This document shows positions 9,542 through 18,977 of a stretch of DNA of 64,000 bases, piece after piece. The stretch comes from an uncultured Bdellovibrionales bacterium (GTDB taxonomy: Bacteria > Patescibacteriota > Minisyncoccia > Moranbacterales > UBA1568). Position numbers and translations under genes: made by a program. The stretch covers positions 135,059 through 199,058 of the forward strand of contig CAYTED010000001.1 of the NCBI GenBank assembly GCA_964436855.1. The letters are read 5' to 3'. Below the pieces are notes generated by a model. The model had not been told where the DNA came from, searched no databases, and worked only from the letters and a program-made list of their open reading frames with translations. Each line of letters begins with the position of its first letter. Within the stretch, counting starts at the first letter, position 1.

Positions 9542-10831
9542 CTATTTCCGTTCCTCGAGTTTTACCTTCACTTCTTTTTCCTCTCCCTTGTGCCAAATCT
9601 TGAGAGTCACTTCCGCTCCTGGCGCATACTGACCGATCACACTCGAAAGTGCATGATTTTTATCAAGTTTTGTCCCATCGATCTCAAGAATAATATCGTT
9701 TTCCACAAGCCCCACCTTATCAGCCGGCGATCCCGGAATAACCGCGAAATCCCGAACGGTTTCTCCGCGAGCAATAAAGACTCCGTAATCATACGCAAGA
9801 CCAAGTTCTTTTTTCATCGCTTCGTCGATCGGAACATACCGCACCCCAAGAAATGCGGTCGATATTTTCCCGGTTGTCTTCACTTGTTCGATTACCCGCT
9901 TCACTTGATTGATCGGAATGGCAAAACCGATATTTTCAGCACCCTGCGCCATCGCAACATTGACTCCGATCACTTCTCCTGAAACATTGAGGAGTGGTCC
10001 GCCGGAATTCCCGGGATTAATTGCCGCGTCGGTCTGAATAATGTCGAGGAGTTGTTCCGTATCGCCAAATCCCGATCCGGCCGTCACGCTTCGCTTGAGT
10101 CCCGACACGATGCCGCGCGACACCGAATTGGCAAATTCCCCGAGCGGATTGCCGATCGCAATCACCGTCTGCCCCGGCTTGAGCGAATCGGAATCTCCAA
10201 GCGGAAGATTCATAAAGTGGGACCCCTCGATCTTTACCAGCGCGATATCGTTTGATGGATCGCGAGCCAGTACGGTCGCGGGATACTCCGTTTCCCCCAC
10301 AAGCACGGTGTAATTTGCCGATTCATCAGAGACAACGTGCTTATTCGTTACAATCAATCCGTCATCCGAGACAAAAAACCCCGACCCGCTCCCCACCTGT
10401 TGTTGTTCCGTTCCGCCATTCCCCTGACCGCGCCCTTCGTGAGACGGATCACCGAAAAAAAACGGAAATCCGCCGAACGGCGATTGGAAAAAATTTCGGT
10501 ATTTCGGAACGTCTTTCGTAATAACGATACTCACCGTTCCCGACATCGACCGTTCAACGGCGGAAATAATTGCATTATCATCTTCAACAACCCGTTTTGT
10601 CTCGACCGATACCGCATCTTTTTTGTCTTGATTCGAAGGAAAGAAACGGGTAAACATTCCTTTGGAAACCAAAAGTCCAAAGAGTCCGATCGCGATCAAC
10701 GCCCCGGACAATCCGCCGATCATGCCGGCAAGGAAAAAAGTTCGACTCCGATCCTGTTTCCGATGCGCATCGGAGATATGTTCCGCATCAGAAACGGTTT
10801 TTTCTTCGGAAGAAAGAGGTGTTTCATCCAT
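9542..10831 (-). CDS. htrA: Serine protease HtrA/DegP (S1C) with PDZ domain; intact catalytic triad
   Basis: TNKHVV (His), NDIALVKI (Asp), GNSGGPLLN (Ser), C-terminal PDZ and an N-terminal TM anchor. Confidence 0.85.
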   Translation of the reverse strand: MDETPLSSEEKTVSDAEHISDAHRKQDRSRTFFLAGMIGGLSGALIAIGLFGLLVSKGMFTRFFPSNQDKKDAVSVETKRVVEDDNAIISAVERSMSGTVSIVITKDVPKYRNFFQSPFGGFPFFFGDPSHEGRGQGNGGTEQQQVGSGSGFFVSDDGLIVTNKHVVSDESANYTVLVGETEYPATVLARDPSNDIALVKIEGSHFMNLPLGDSDSLKPGQTVIAIGNPLGEFANSVSRGIVSGLKRSVTAGSGFGDTEQLLDIIQTDAAINPGNSGGPLLNVSGEVIGVNVAMAQGAENIGFAIPINQVKRVIEQVKTTGKISTAFLGVRYVPIDEAMKKELGLAYDYGVFIARGETVRDFAVIPGSPADKVGLVENDIILEIDGTKLDKNHALSSVIGQYAPGAEVTLKIWHKGEEKEVKVKLEERK

Positions 10832-10876
10832 AATACTGTTCGTTCAATAGTTACCGAAAGAAATTCCAAGAGATCA

Positions 10877-11947
10877 TTACAAGAAAAATGCCGCTTCTCC
10901 GGGATTTTCTTTCAAGAGATCTTTTTCGAATGCCCGCATCGTCGGATCCCGAAACTCTATGCGCGCCGTTTCAAAATTCCAATTATATTCCGTATCCAGA
11001 ACCCATATTTTCATTTTCTTCATTTCTTCGGAAAGAAAATCCGCATAGACCGGCTTTCGGGTAAAAATCTGCCGGAGATGATATGATTTTTCCCCGTTTT
11101 CTTCTCGGATATCTTCCACGAGAACGATATGAAACCCCAATGAGCTCTCAAGAATATCCGTTGGAACGCCTTTTTTTGCATTTTCAACCGAATTTTGAAG
11201 CTCCGGCGCGAGATCTTCGGATACAAACCACCCGAGCGATCCGCCATCTGACGATGTCTTTCCTTCGGAATATTCCGTTGCAACGGAAGAAAACGATCGG
11301 CCGGAAGACAAAGCATCCGCCGCCTCACGTATCCGCTCGCGAGCGCGCGAAGTAACCGGAGATTCTTTTTCAAACACCTTCGCAAGCTCCTCTTGATAGA
11401 GTGCCGGCTTCACGATAGTTTTCTGAAAATCCGCAAGCGACCACCCATAGAGTCGCTTCATATCTTCGGTAACACGATCCCGCGATCCGTATTCATCAAG
11501 CTTTCTACGAACACTCTCTTCCGTCATTTCATCGGTTACCACGATTCCGCGAGCACGTGCAAGAGATTCCGCGGCGGCATCCTCAATCATCTTATTCAAA
11601 AGTTCCTTCTCTCGTATCTTCAGTCGCTTCATCCCATCTTCCGTGGAAAAATCTATTCGAATACCGTACGGAGAAAGATCCTGTGTTTCATAAAATCTCC
11701 GAATAGACGCGACATTTCGAGCAACTTCCGAAAATGAAAGAAAAGAAGTCTGATTCACGATAATTGCCGGAAACGGAGACACTCTTCGAACGGCATTGCC
11801 AAGCGCCCCCGGCACGGCATATGAGAAAACAACAAAAAGCGACAACAAAAGAAAAGCCAGCCCCAAAAAAGCAAACAACGGGATCTTGAGACGCGATCGC
11901 AATATATTGCCGTGAGTTTCTGTTTCCATAATATTTTTTTCATTCAA
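10877..11947 (-). CDS. Membrane-anchored PpiC-type (parvulin) peptidyl-prolyl isomerase, PrsA/SurA-like
   Basis: N-terminal TM helix. Parvulin signature GGSLGWFVSEDLAPELQ...LGFHIVLVEDIR. Confidence 0.7.
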   Translation of the reverse strand: MNEKNIMETETHGNILRSRLKIPLFAFLGLAFLLLSLFVVFSYAVPGALGNAVRRVSPFPAIIVNQTSFLSFSEVARNVASIRRFYETQDLSPYGIRIDFSTEDGMKRLKIREKELLNKMIEDAAAESLARARGIVVTDEMTEESVRRKLDEYGSRDRVTEDMKRLYGWSLADFQKTIVKPALYQEELAKVFEKESPVTSRARERIREAADALSSGRSFSSVATEYSEGKTSSDGGSLGWFVSEDLAPELQNSVENAKKGVPTDILESSLGFHIVLVEDIREENGEKSYHLRQIFTRKPVYADFLSEEMKKMKIWVLDTEYNWNFETARIEFRDPTMRAFEKDLLKENPGEAAFFL

Positions 11948-12330
11948 CGAAAAAGATCAAGCCACTGTTCCCAATTCGATCGCCGCACTCGCACGCCTCG
12001 ACTCTTTGCTCCGGCATCCTCTCCGCGCTTTCCTTCTTCCGATTCTTCACCCCGAAGCACCACCACCCTCTCATCCGTCTTCCGGTATCCGAGTTTTTCC
12101 TTCGCTTCACGCTCCTGAAAGGAATCCGATGAAAAATAATCTATTTTTTCTTTTAGCGCCTCGTTTTCTTCCTTCAGAGAAGACGCTTCCTGCTTTAATC
12201 GGTCAATGTCGGTTTCGATACCATTACTTCGCTCACGTTCTTTTCTGGAAAGAATGACCAGCCACACGGAAAGAAGAACCACGAGAAAAAGGGCTATCCT
12301 CGAAAATACCGATACGGACGATTCTTTCAT
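11944..12330 (-). CDS. ftsB: Septum formation initiator (FtsB/DivIC-like)
   Basis: TM anchor, then a coiled coil (LKQEASSLKEENEALKEKIDYF), then ...QEREAKEKLGYRKTDE, typical of FtsB/DivIC. Confidence 0.6.
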   Translation of the reverse strand: MKESSVSVFSRIALFLVVLLSVWLVILSRKERERSNGIETDIDRLKQEASSLKEENEALKEKIDYFSSDSFQEREAKEKLGYRKTDERVVVLRGEESEEGKRGEDAGAKSRGVRVRRSNWEQWLDLFR

Positions 12331-12507
12331 ACGTCTTCTTCCTCGGATTCGCCCGAATCAAATCAATAGAAAAACGGCGCAAAAAGAAAAACGATCATCG
12401 AAAGCGCCACCAGAATCGAGAGAGCCACCCATGCCGCGTATATTTTTCTGTGCCGACTGCGAAAATCTTTCATACCTGATCAGTATATCGTTTTTTTCAC
12501 ACAAAGA

Positions 12508-14538
12508 CTACCCCTCGGAATCTTTCCGAATGGATTGAATCATCGACCGGAGATCGGAAAGATTCGTCTCGGAACGTTTTCGAAGTGGGCGAATTTTCTT
12601 CGGCTCCATATGCGATACCTGCGAAAGTGTAACCGGACGATCAGAGGAAACATAGGCTACCGCTTCAATTTTTTTTTGCCCGGAAGATTCCTTCGGGCGA
12701 CTTCGTTGCCGATCCTTTTCTTCGGATGCTCGCGAAGATACGGCTCTGTCACCTGATTCTTTGTTTCGATTGGTGGTATTTCTCGCATTTGCCATTGCGC
12801 GTTGATAATCCCGCAGACAATCCTTGCAAAACGTCGGACGACTCCCATCCGGCTCAAACGGAACCTGAATATCGATTCCGCACGTATCGCACACCGCCTG
12901 ATAGAGCGTTCGCTCCGGTAATTCGGCATTATCGGAAACGGCAATGGGAGTAACAACACCTTCTCTTGCTCGTTTCGGCAAGGGAACGCTTTTCGATTCT
13001 TCTTTCGCTGGCGGAAGCGGATTTTTTTCTTCTTTCGGTACCGCCGCCCGCGCCTTTGTCTCGGTTGGCGCGAATGATTCTTGTTCCGTTTTTTTCGGCA
13101 GTATCGACAATTTCTTCTCCTTCAAAAATGACTCCTGTGTTTGCAATCCTTCATTCGACGCATCGTACCGAACGCGAGTTTTCGAAGGGCGTTCCTCGCG
13201 ATTTGGTACGCGTCGGTCCCCTTCGGCAATCGCTCGGCGCTCTTCTGCCGTAAGCATCCCGCTCCATCGGCGAATCTTGTCTTCCACCTCCTCACGCGAT
13301 GTCGCATACCGCTCCCGCGTCACACGAATCACCTTCTCCTCATTTTCAGCCGTCCCTTCTACGCGGATCGGCGGAAGCGTAATTGCGGAAAACGCATCAC
13401 CCGCGATCCCATCGATCATCAATTTGAGATAAATATGATACTTCGGAAGATTCACCAAGTCATTCGCCACAAACACCGGCTCGAATTCTTTTTCGAGAAA
13501 TTCTCCGTCCATCGCCCCGACCCGAAAGGATATAAGCGTCCCGGCATTCCCGAAAATCGCATTGCGCACTTTCTCGTCAATCTGTTCTACATATTGATTC
13601 GCAAGAATAAGGTTCAGACGGTATTTCCGGGCTTCGGAAAGAATATTCGCGAACGACTCCGTCGCAAAGTTCTGGAATTCATCGACATAGAGGTAGAAAT
13701 CATTTCGGGTTTCTTCGGGAATATCCACTCGCGCCATCGCGGCGAGCTGGATCTTCGTGATCATCATCGCGCCGAGGAGCGCGCTGTTGTCTTCGCCGAT
13801 CCGCCCCTTCGAAAGATTCATAATGAGGATTTTCTTCCCGTCCATCACGTCGCGAATATCAAAAGTCGATACCGTCTGACCCACGATATTGCGGATCAGG
13901 GAACTCGAGAGGAACTGCCCGACCTTGTTCTGGATCGGAGAAATCACTTCCTGAAGCACCCGATCATTCCACTTCGGAAATTCATCCACCCAAAACGACC
14001 GGATCACGGGATCGGTGATTTTCTCCACCACACGCTCCCGATATGATTTGTCGACAAGAATACGCGTTACGCCAAGAAGGGTCGACCCGGGATATTCAAG
14101 CAATGCGAGGATGGCGTTTCGCAAAATGTATTCGAGGCGCGGCCCCCACGAATCCGCCCAAATTTTCTTAAAGACACTGACGAGACCCGAAGCGACCAAG
14201 TGCCGATATTCGGGTGCAACTTTCTCCATCACATTGAACGCGATCGGGAAATCCTGATCTGCCGGATTGAAATAGATGACATCATTGATCCGATTCGCCG
14301 GAATCGCTTTGATCAATTTCTCCGACGTGTCGCCGTGTGGGTCGATGTAGGCGACTCCGTGACCATTCTGAATATCCTGAATGACAAGATTTTCGAGAAG
14401 ATTCGTCTTCCCCATACCCGTCTTTCCAATAATATACATATGCCGACGACGATCGTCAGTTTTGATACCGAACACGCGCTCCTGGTGCCGGAAATTCGTT
14501 TTCGCAAAAAAAGTGATTTCGTGTTTTTCCATACGCAA
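12508..14538 (-). CDS. VirD4/TraG/TraD-like coupling-protein-type P-loop ATPase. It lacks the usual N-terminal TM segments and carries a C-terminal CxxC-x17-CxxC zinc ribbon.
   Basis: Walker A IIGKTGMGKTN, Walker B YLYVDEFQNF, and a TraG-D_C-like LILANQYVEQ...FGNAGTLISF motif. The charged low-complexity tail contains CDTCG-x17-CKDC. The start is either a TTG directly after the upstream stop or the ATG 6 nt later. Confidence 0.6.
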   Translation of the reverse strand: MRMEKHEITFFAKTNFRHQERVFGIKTDDRRRHMYIIGKTGMGKTNLLENLVIQDIQNGHGVAYIDPHGDTSEKLIKAIPANRINDVIYFNPADQDFPIAFNVMEKVAPEYRHLVASGLVSVFKKIWADSWGPRLEYILRNAILALLEYPGSTLLGVTRILVDKSYRERVVEKITDPVIRSFWVDEFPKWNDRVLQEVISPIQNKVGQFLSSSLIRNIVGQTVSTFDIRDVMDGKKILIMNLSKGRIGEDNSALLGAMMITKIQLAAMARVDIPEETRNDFYLYVDEFQNFATESFANILSEARKYRLNLILANQYVEQIDEKVRNAIFGNAGTLISFRVGAMDGEFLEKEFEPVFVANDLVNLPKYHIYLKLMIDGIAGDAFSAITLPPIRVEGTAENEEKVIRVTRERYATSREEVEDKIRRWSGMLTAEERRAIAEGDRRVPNREERPSKTRVRYDASNEGLQTQESFLKEKKLSILPKKTEQESFAPTETKARAAVPKEEKNPLPPAKEESKSVPLPKRAREGVVTPIAVSDNAELPERTLYQAVCDTCGIDIQVPFEPDGSRPTFCKDCLRDYQRAMANARNTTNRNKESGDRAVSSRASEEKDRQRSRPKESSGQKKIEAVAYVSSDRPVTLSQVSHMEPKKIRPLRKRSETNLSDLRSMIQSIRKDSEG

Positions 14539-15831
14539 TTATTCGACAGGAAGATTTGCGGGCGCTCCGCCCTGCTTCGCCAGAACACGCGGAAGGGTCG
14601 GCGTCGCCACTACCATGTCGGGAATATGAAATACCGTCGCTAATTCTTCGGAACTCATATAAAACGTATTATCTCCGGCATCCCAATCCCGATCGCGATA
14701 CCGATAGTAGATCAGCCGCTGACGAAAACGAAGTCTCGGCTCAACAAAGAGAAAGTTCGCGTACGTCTTCGTGTCATCGATCGGCTTCACCCCGTTCAAA
14801 TTCATATCATTGAACTGCTTGATCGCACCAATAAGGGCGGACACCCCGGTACTCTTATCAAACACTTCCCGGCGACCGAGATAAAGATAGCGCATCTTGA
14901 TTTGAAACTGTTGCTTCCCGATATTCGATTCAAGTGCTTTTAAAATTTCTTTTTGCCCCGGCGTCAAACGAAACTCCAGTGGTTGCAGTTCCTTTTTCTC
15001 CGTTTTTAAATCGGTGAACTGCGGCTCAAGTGCCATCATCGCCGTCGGAATATTTTTCCCGATATCAAGAATATCGATGCCGAGTTGCTTGAAAAGACTA
15101 ACCTGCTCCGCCTCCGTCGCACCGATCAATCGCTGCACCGCCGGCTTTCCAAATTCTTTCACCCAATCCCCTTCCTTGCCGCGTGGCGCAACCAAATACT
15201 GAAGCCACATATGCTGCCCGGGGCCGGTCTTTGCCATCACTTCGGCAACTCCGGCGAGCGGATCAATCATTTTTCCGGTTACCGTTTCATCAAAGAATCG
15301 ATAGGTGCGTATCGGTATTGCCTGCTCTTTATTGGTAAATTCAAACTCGGTCCCCCAGAGGTCCCATTCTTTGTTTGGAATAGTCACCGGGACCCGCTCG
15401 ATATAGTCGGGAACCTCAAGAATCTCGATATTCGGATACTGCGCATAAAAATGCGCCTCGATCAAATTCTGATATTTTTTTTGCGTCCGGATATAGAAGT
15501 GCACATCTCCCTCCGTTCCGACGATTTCAAAACTGAAATAATCCGGAAGAAATCCCTGAATATACACTTCGACAATCGTCGGGTTTTTAATAACACCCGC
15601 GAGTCCGGCAAAAATCGACTCCATCAATTTCGGACTTTTTTCAACATCTTTCGGCGGGATAATCTCAAGCATTGTGCTTTTCAGCGAATGCTGATATTTC
15701 CGACGAACAAATTTAAGCCACAAAATCCTAAAAAGATAATAAAATGCGAATGGAAAAACAAGAAACCAAATATCGAGCACGACCCCGAAAATCCCGGAAA
15801 TTCCCTGAAAGAATTCTTGAAAAACATTCAT
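14539..15831 (-). CDS. N-terminally membrane-anchored protein of unknown function (one predicted TM helix), translationally coupled to the VirD4-like ATPase
   Basis: N-terminal TM helix (IFGVVLDIWFLVFPFAFYYLFRILWL) followed by about 390 aa of soluble sequence with no recognisable motif. Its stop abuts the start of the downstream gene. Confidence 0.4.
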   Translation of the reverse strand: MNVFQEFFQGISGIFGVVLDIWFLVFPFAFYYLFRILWLKFVRRKYQHSLKSTMLEIIPPKDVEKSPKLMESIFAGLAGVIKNPTIVEVYIQGFLPDYFSFEIVGTEGDVHFYIRTQKKYQNLIEAHFYAQYPNIEILEVPDYIERVPVTIPNKEWDLWGTEFEFTNKEQAIPIRTYRFFDETVTGKMIDPLAGVAEVMAKTGPGQHMWLQYLVAPRGKEGDWVKEFGKPAVQRLIGATEAEQVSLFKQLGIDILDIGKNIPTAMMALEPQFTDLKTEKKELQPLEFRLTPGQKEILKALESNIGKQQFQIKMRYLYLGRREVFDKSTGVSALIGAIKQFNDMNLNGVKPIDDTKTYANFLFVEPRLRFRQRLIYYRYRDRDWDAGDNTFYMSSEELATVFHIPDMVVATPTLPRVLAKQGGAPANLPVE

Positions 15832-15995
15832 AGCATCGGACGCTTCGGAAGGTTCTCCGTTACGCCAAAAGTATTGTAAAAATGTATCGAAACAAACAAC
15901 TCGTGAAAACGAAAAGCTTGAAAGCTTCTGCGTTTGCGTAAAATTTTTCCGTCACAGTCATCCCGCGTGGAAATGTTCGGAAAAACGAGCCGACA

Positions 15996-17075
15996 TTATT
16001 TCTTTCCCGTCTTCGCTGCCGTATAGAGATTCTTTCCCGCTTTCTCAAAAAAGAGATTCAAGTTAATCGCAACCGTCGAACGTTTTACTTCTCGAACTTT
16101 GAGCACTTCCGAGAGAATCGCCTCCTTCGACATCGGCGCCTTTGATTTCGCGAGAATGTCCGTAATAACATCTTTGACCGTTCCTTTGCGATACCCCCAG
16201 TCGGAAAGCGCATAAATCCCTCGCCCTACCAAAACAAAATCGGTATCCTTAATAAGTTCGTTGTGTACGGTCTGCGGATGCGTTTTTCGTCCCTCGCGAT
16301 TGAGCGCATATGTATCGATTTTTTCCGCAATCTCGCGAAAATGCATCGGCTTTCCGTTCATCTTCAACACCAGTCGCGCCTTCTCTCGTGTTCCGCGAGG
16401 TCGCACTTCGCTCCAGTGAGCAAGTCCCCACTTCCCAAACACATTCTCAAGCACCTCCGCCGAAACCTGAAGAAATCGTCGGACATTATCGGCAGAAATA
16501 TCCGGATGTTCTTTTTTCAAATGCACGAGAAATTCATCCCACTCAAGCACTTGCTTCGCATTTCCGAGAACCTTTTTTGCATTCTCGTGAACAGATTCCC
16601 AATATTCGAGAGAAAAATCCGTCAGACGATATGCCGCCATTCGTCCTTTTTCCATTTTTTCAAAATGAACAAATGGAAGACATTCAACAAACACAAGGAG
16701 AGCGCCAGACTCGCGAGCGTCATTTGCAGAGAGCTTCTTTTTCAAGGATTCCGCTTCCATTATACCATCGTTCTCGCGAAGGGTCGACTCGATCGTTTCT
16801 TTTGCGGAAAGAAACAGTGGGTGCTCTTTTTGAGTACGAATCAACCGAAGCCCATGCTCAACCACCTGCCTCACTCGTTCACGAGTAATTTTGTACGATC
16901 GCCCGATTTCCTCAAGTGTTTTCGGCTCGCCGGAAATCACACCAAAACGAGCTTCGAGAATATCCCGACTCCGTTCCGGAAGCCCCTGTAAAAGTTCGGT
17001 CAATGCGGAAACAAAAGAAAAGCGCTTCGCTTCCTTGGATATGCTCTTTATGGCTTTTTTGGGTTCATTTTTCAT
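15996..17075 (-). CDS. Sigma-70 region-4 HTH plus HARE-HTH (RNAP delta-like) domain DNA-binding protein
   Basis: LEEIGRSYKITRERVRQVVEHGLRLI is a canonical sigma-70 region 4.2. MHFREIAEKI...HPQTVHNELIKDTDFVLVGRGIYAL is HARE-HTH-like. Confidence 0.6.
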   Translation of the reverse strand: MKNEPKKAIKSISKEAKRFSFVSALTELLQGLPERSRDILEARFGVISGEPKTLEEIGRSYKITRERVRQVVEHGLRLIRTQKEHPLFLSAKETIESTLRENDGIMEAESLKKKLSANDARESGALLVFVECLPFVHFEKMEKGRMAAYRLTDFSLEYWESVHENAKKVLGNAKQVLEWDEFLVHLKKEHPDISADNVRRFLQVSAEVLENVFGKWGLAHWSEVRPRGTREKARLVLKMNGKPMHFREIAEKIDTYALNREGRKTHPQTVHNELIKDTDFVLVGRGIYALSDWGYRKGTVKDVITDILAKSKAPMSKEAILSEVLKVREVKRSTVAINLNLFFEKAGKNLYTAAKTGKK

Positions 17076-17141
17076 AGAGATTATGGGATATACAGAGTCC
17101 TCAAACCGTCCTAATACATTACCGCATAATCCCCTATTTTG

Positions 17142-17711
17142 TCAAGACTTTTCGGAAGGTATGAGAAAGTCCTCGAATTTTTTCCGAAGTTTCGCAAGTT
17201 TCGGATTGATAACGATTTCGCAATACGGGACCGCGGTGTTTTTTTCGTAATACCGGTTGTGATACGATTCCGCCGGATACAACCGCGCCAATAATCGAAC
17301 CTCGGTCACGATCGGGTCCGAAAAAATTTTCTCACGCTCCAATTCGGAAATTTTTTCAAGAACAAACAGACGATCGGAGTCCGTCTCAACAAACACAATG
17401 GAGCGATACTGGGTCCCCGTGTCATTTCCCTGACGATTGAGTGTCGTTGGGTCATGAAGTGAGAAAAAAATATCAAGAATATTCGAAAGAGAAATCTCCG
17501 ACTCGTTATACAAAACCTCCACCACCTCGGCATGTCCCGTATCGCCGCGACTCACGTCTTCATACGTCGGATTTTCCATTGCGCCGCCGGCATATCCGGA
17601 TTGCACCGACACGACTCCGCGCACCCGAAGAAACACCGCCTCCAAACACCAGAAACACCCTCCGCCCAACACAATTTTTTTCATATTTTTATGATTCATA
17701 TTTTTTATCAC
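17142..17711 (-). CDS. msrA: Peptide methionine sulfoxide reductase MsrA
   Basis: GGGCFWC active-site motif; 189 aa. Confidence 0.85.
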   Translation of the reverse strand: MIKNMNHKNMKKIVLGGGCFWCLEAVFLRVRGVVSVQSGYAGGAMENPTYEDVSRGDTGHAEVVEVLYNESEISLSNILDIFFSLHDPTTLNRQGNDTGTQYRSIVFVETDSDRLFVLEKISELEREKIFSDPIVTEVRLLARLYPAESYHNRYYEKNTAVPYCEIVINPKLAKLRKKFEDFLIPSEKS

Positions 17712-18511
17712 ACGGAAACACGGAAAAGAATCATCGATTTTTTCACCGGCTTCGGAATAGAAAGATGGTCGCCTGTCGGATACTCTCGAATCGCCTCAAA
17801 AAATCGTCGAAGCGGATATCGATATTTCTTTCCGAATTTCGTTCCCGGATCGTTGGTAATCACTTCCCCTGTCTTTCCATCATACCCGATGGCAATAAGC
17901 ATATGCCGCTCCGGTCCCGGCGCCGTATAGTGCGGATTCTGAAGCGCTTGACCATTGGTTTGCACCAACAAGATATTTCCCGAACGAAGCTCGTCTTGAA
18001 TATCCTTTTCCGTTACGTCGCTCCGATACACGGCATCCTCTCGATCGAAATAATCCCGAAGCACTGCTGCCGAATCGGTAAGCGAAAGATCTCTTGATGT
18101 TCCGTACCGCTTCTCAAGATACGTCGCGAGTATCCGCATATCGCTTTTCATCGTCTCCGTCGTCAGAACTTTCCCTTCGAGAAAACGCACCAAAAGAAGC
18201 ATCGACGCCTCCTCGCAACCGTCCTGATAGAGCGAATCCCTCCAATTCCCATCCGGCGCCTGCGATACAAACGGCATATCGTACGGTTTTGAAAAAACAG
18301 GAGTCCTTTCTTTTGGTTCTTCTTGCGTGAACGACTGCAAAGAAACCGCTTCCAATGAAACTTCTTTTTCCGTTCCTTCGGTAGAAATAAAGGAGGTGTC
18401 ATTCGGTTTGTGTTCCGGCGACAAGGCGGGCTCTTTGAATCGAAATCGGAAGAAAAATATTCCCCCGCCGATGCACAACGCGCCGATCACCCAAACAAAA
18501 AATTTCCGCAT
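17708..18511 (-). CDS. Membrane-anchored C39-like (papain-fold) peptidase domain protein
   Basis: N-terminal TM, then QAPDGNWRDSLYQDGCEEASMLLL, typical of the Peptidase_C39_2 family. Overlaps the msrA start by 4 nt. Confidence 0.5.
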   Translation of the reverse strand: MRKFFVWVIGALCIGGGIFFFRFRFKEPALSPEHKPNDTSFISTEGTEKEVSLEAVSLQSFTQEEPKERTPVFSKPYDMPFVSQAPDGNWRDSLYQDGCEEASMLLLVRFLEGKVLTTETMKSDMRILATYLEKRYGTSRDLSLTDSAAVLRDYFDREDAVYRSDVTEKDIQDELRSGNILLVQTNGQALQNPHYTAPGPERHMLIAIGYDGKTGEVITNDPGTKFGKKYRYPLRRFFEAIREYPTGDHLSIPKPVKKSMILFRVSV

Positions 18512-18517
18512 AATATC

Positions 18518-18928
18518 TTATTCTTCCTTCGGTGCAAACTTCATCGAAAGCGAATTCACGCAATGGCGAACATTTTTCTCGGTCAATCGCTCTCCCTCAA
18601 ATATATGCCCGAGGTGTCCGCCACAATTCATGCAAGTAATTTCCGTACGCATTCCATCCGCATCGGGCGTCCGTTTTACCGCTCCCGAAATTTCCTGATC
18701 AAAAGAAGGCCATCCGCAACCGGAGTGAAACTTATCTGTCGACCGATAAAGCGGCGCGTCGCACCGCCGGCAAAGATATGTTCCCTCGCGAAAAAAATCG
18801 TCATATTCTCCGGTGAACGGCGCCTCCGTCCCCTTATTCACGATAACTCGCTCTTCTTCCGGTGTCAGTGTATTGAAAGTCATACGCATTTCTTTATGGT
18901 TTTTCATTATACCCCCTTTCTTCTCCAA
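18518..18928 (-). CDS. msrB: Peptide methionine sulfoxide reductase MsrB
   Basis: CxxC...CxxC zinc motifs (CRRCDAPL and [12 protein letters not shown]) and RHCVNS. Confidence 0.85.
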   Translation of the reverse strand: MEKKGGIMKNHKEMRMTFNTLTPEEERVIVNKGTEAPFTGEYDDFFREGTYLCRRCDAPLYRSTDKFHSGCGWPSFDQEISGAVKRTPDADGMRTEITCMNCGGHLGHIFEGERLTEKNVRHCVNSLSMKFAPKEE

Positions 18929-18977
18929 ACCAAAAACACCTCCGAAAAGAGGTGTTCTCGAATATTTTCAAACAAGA

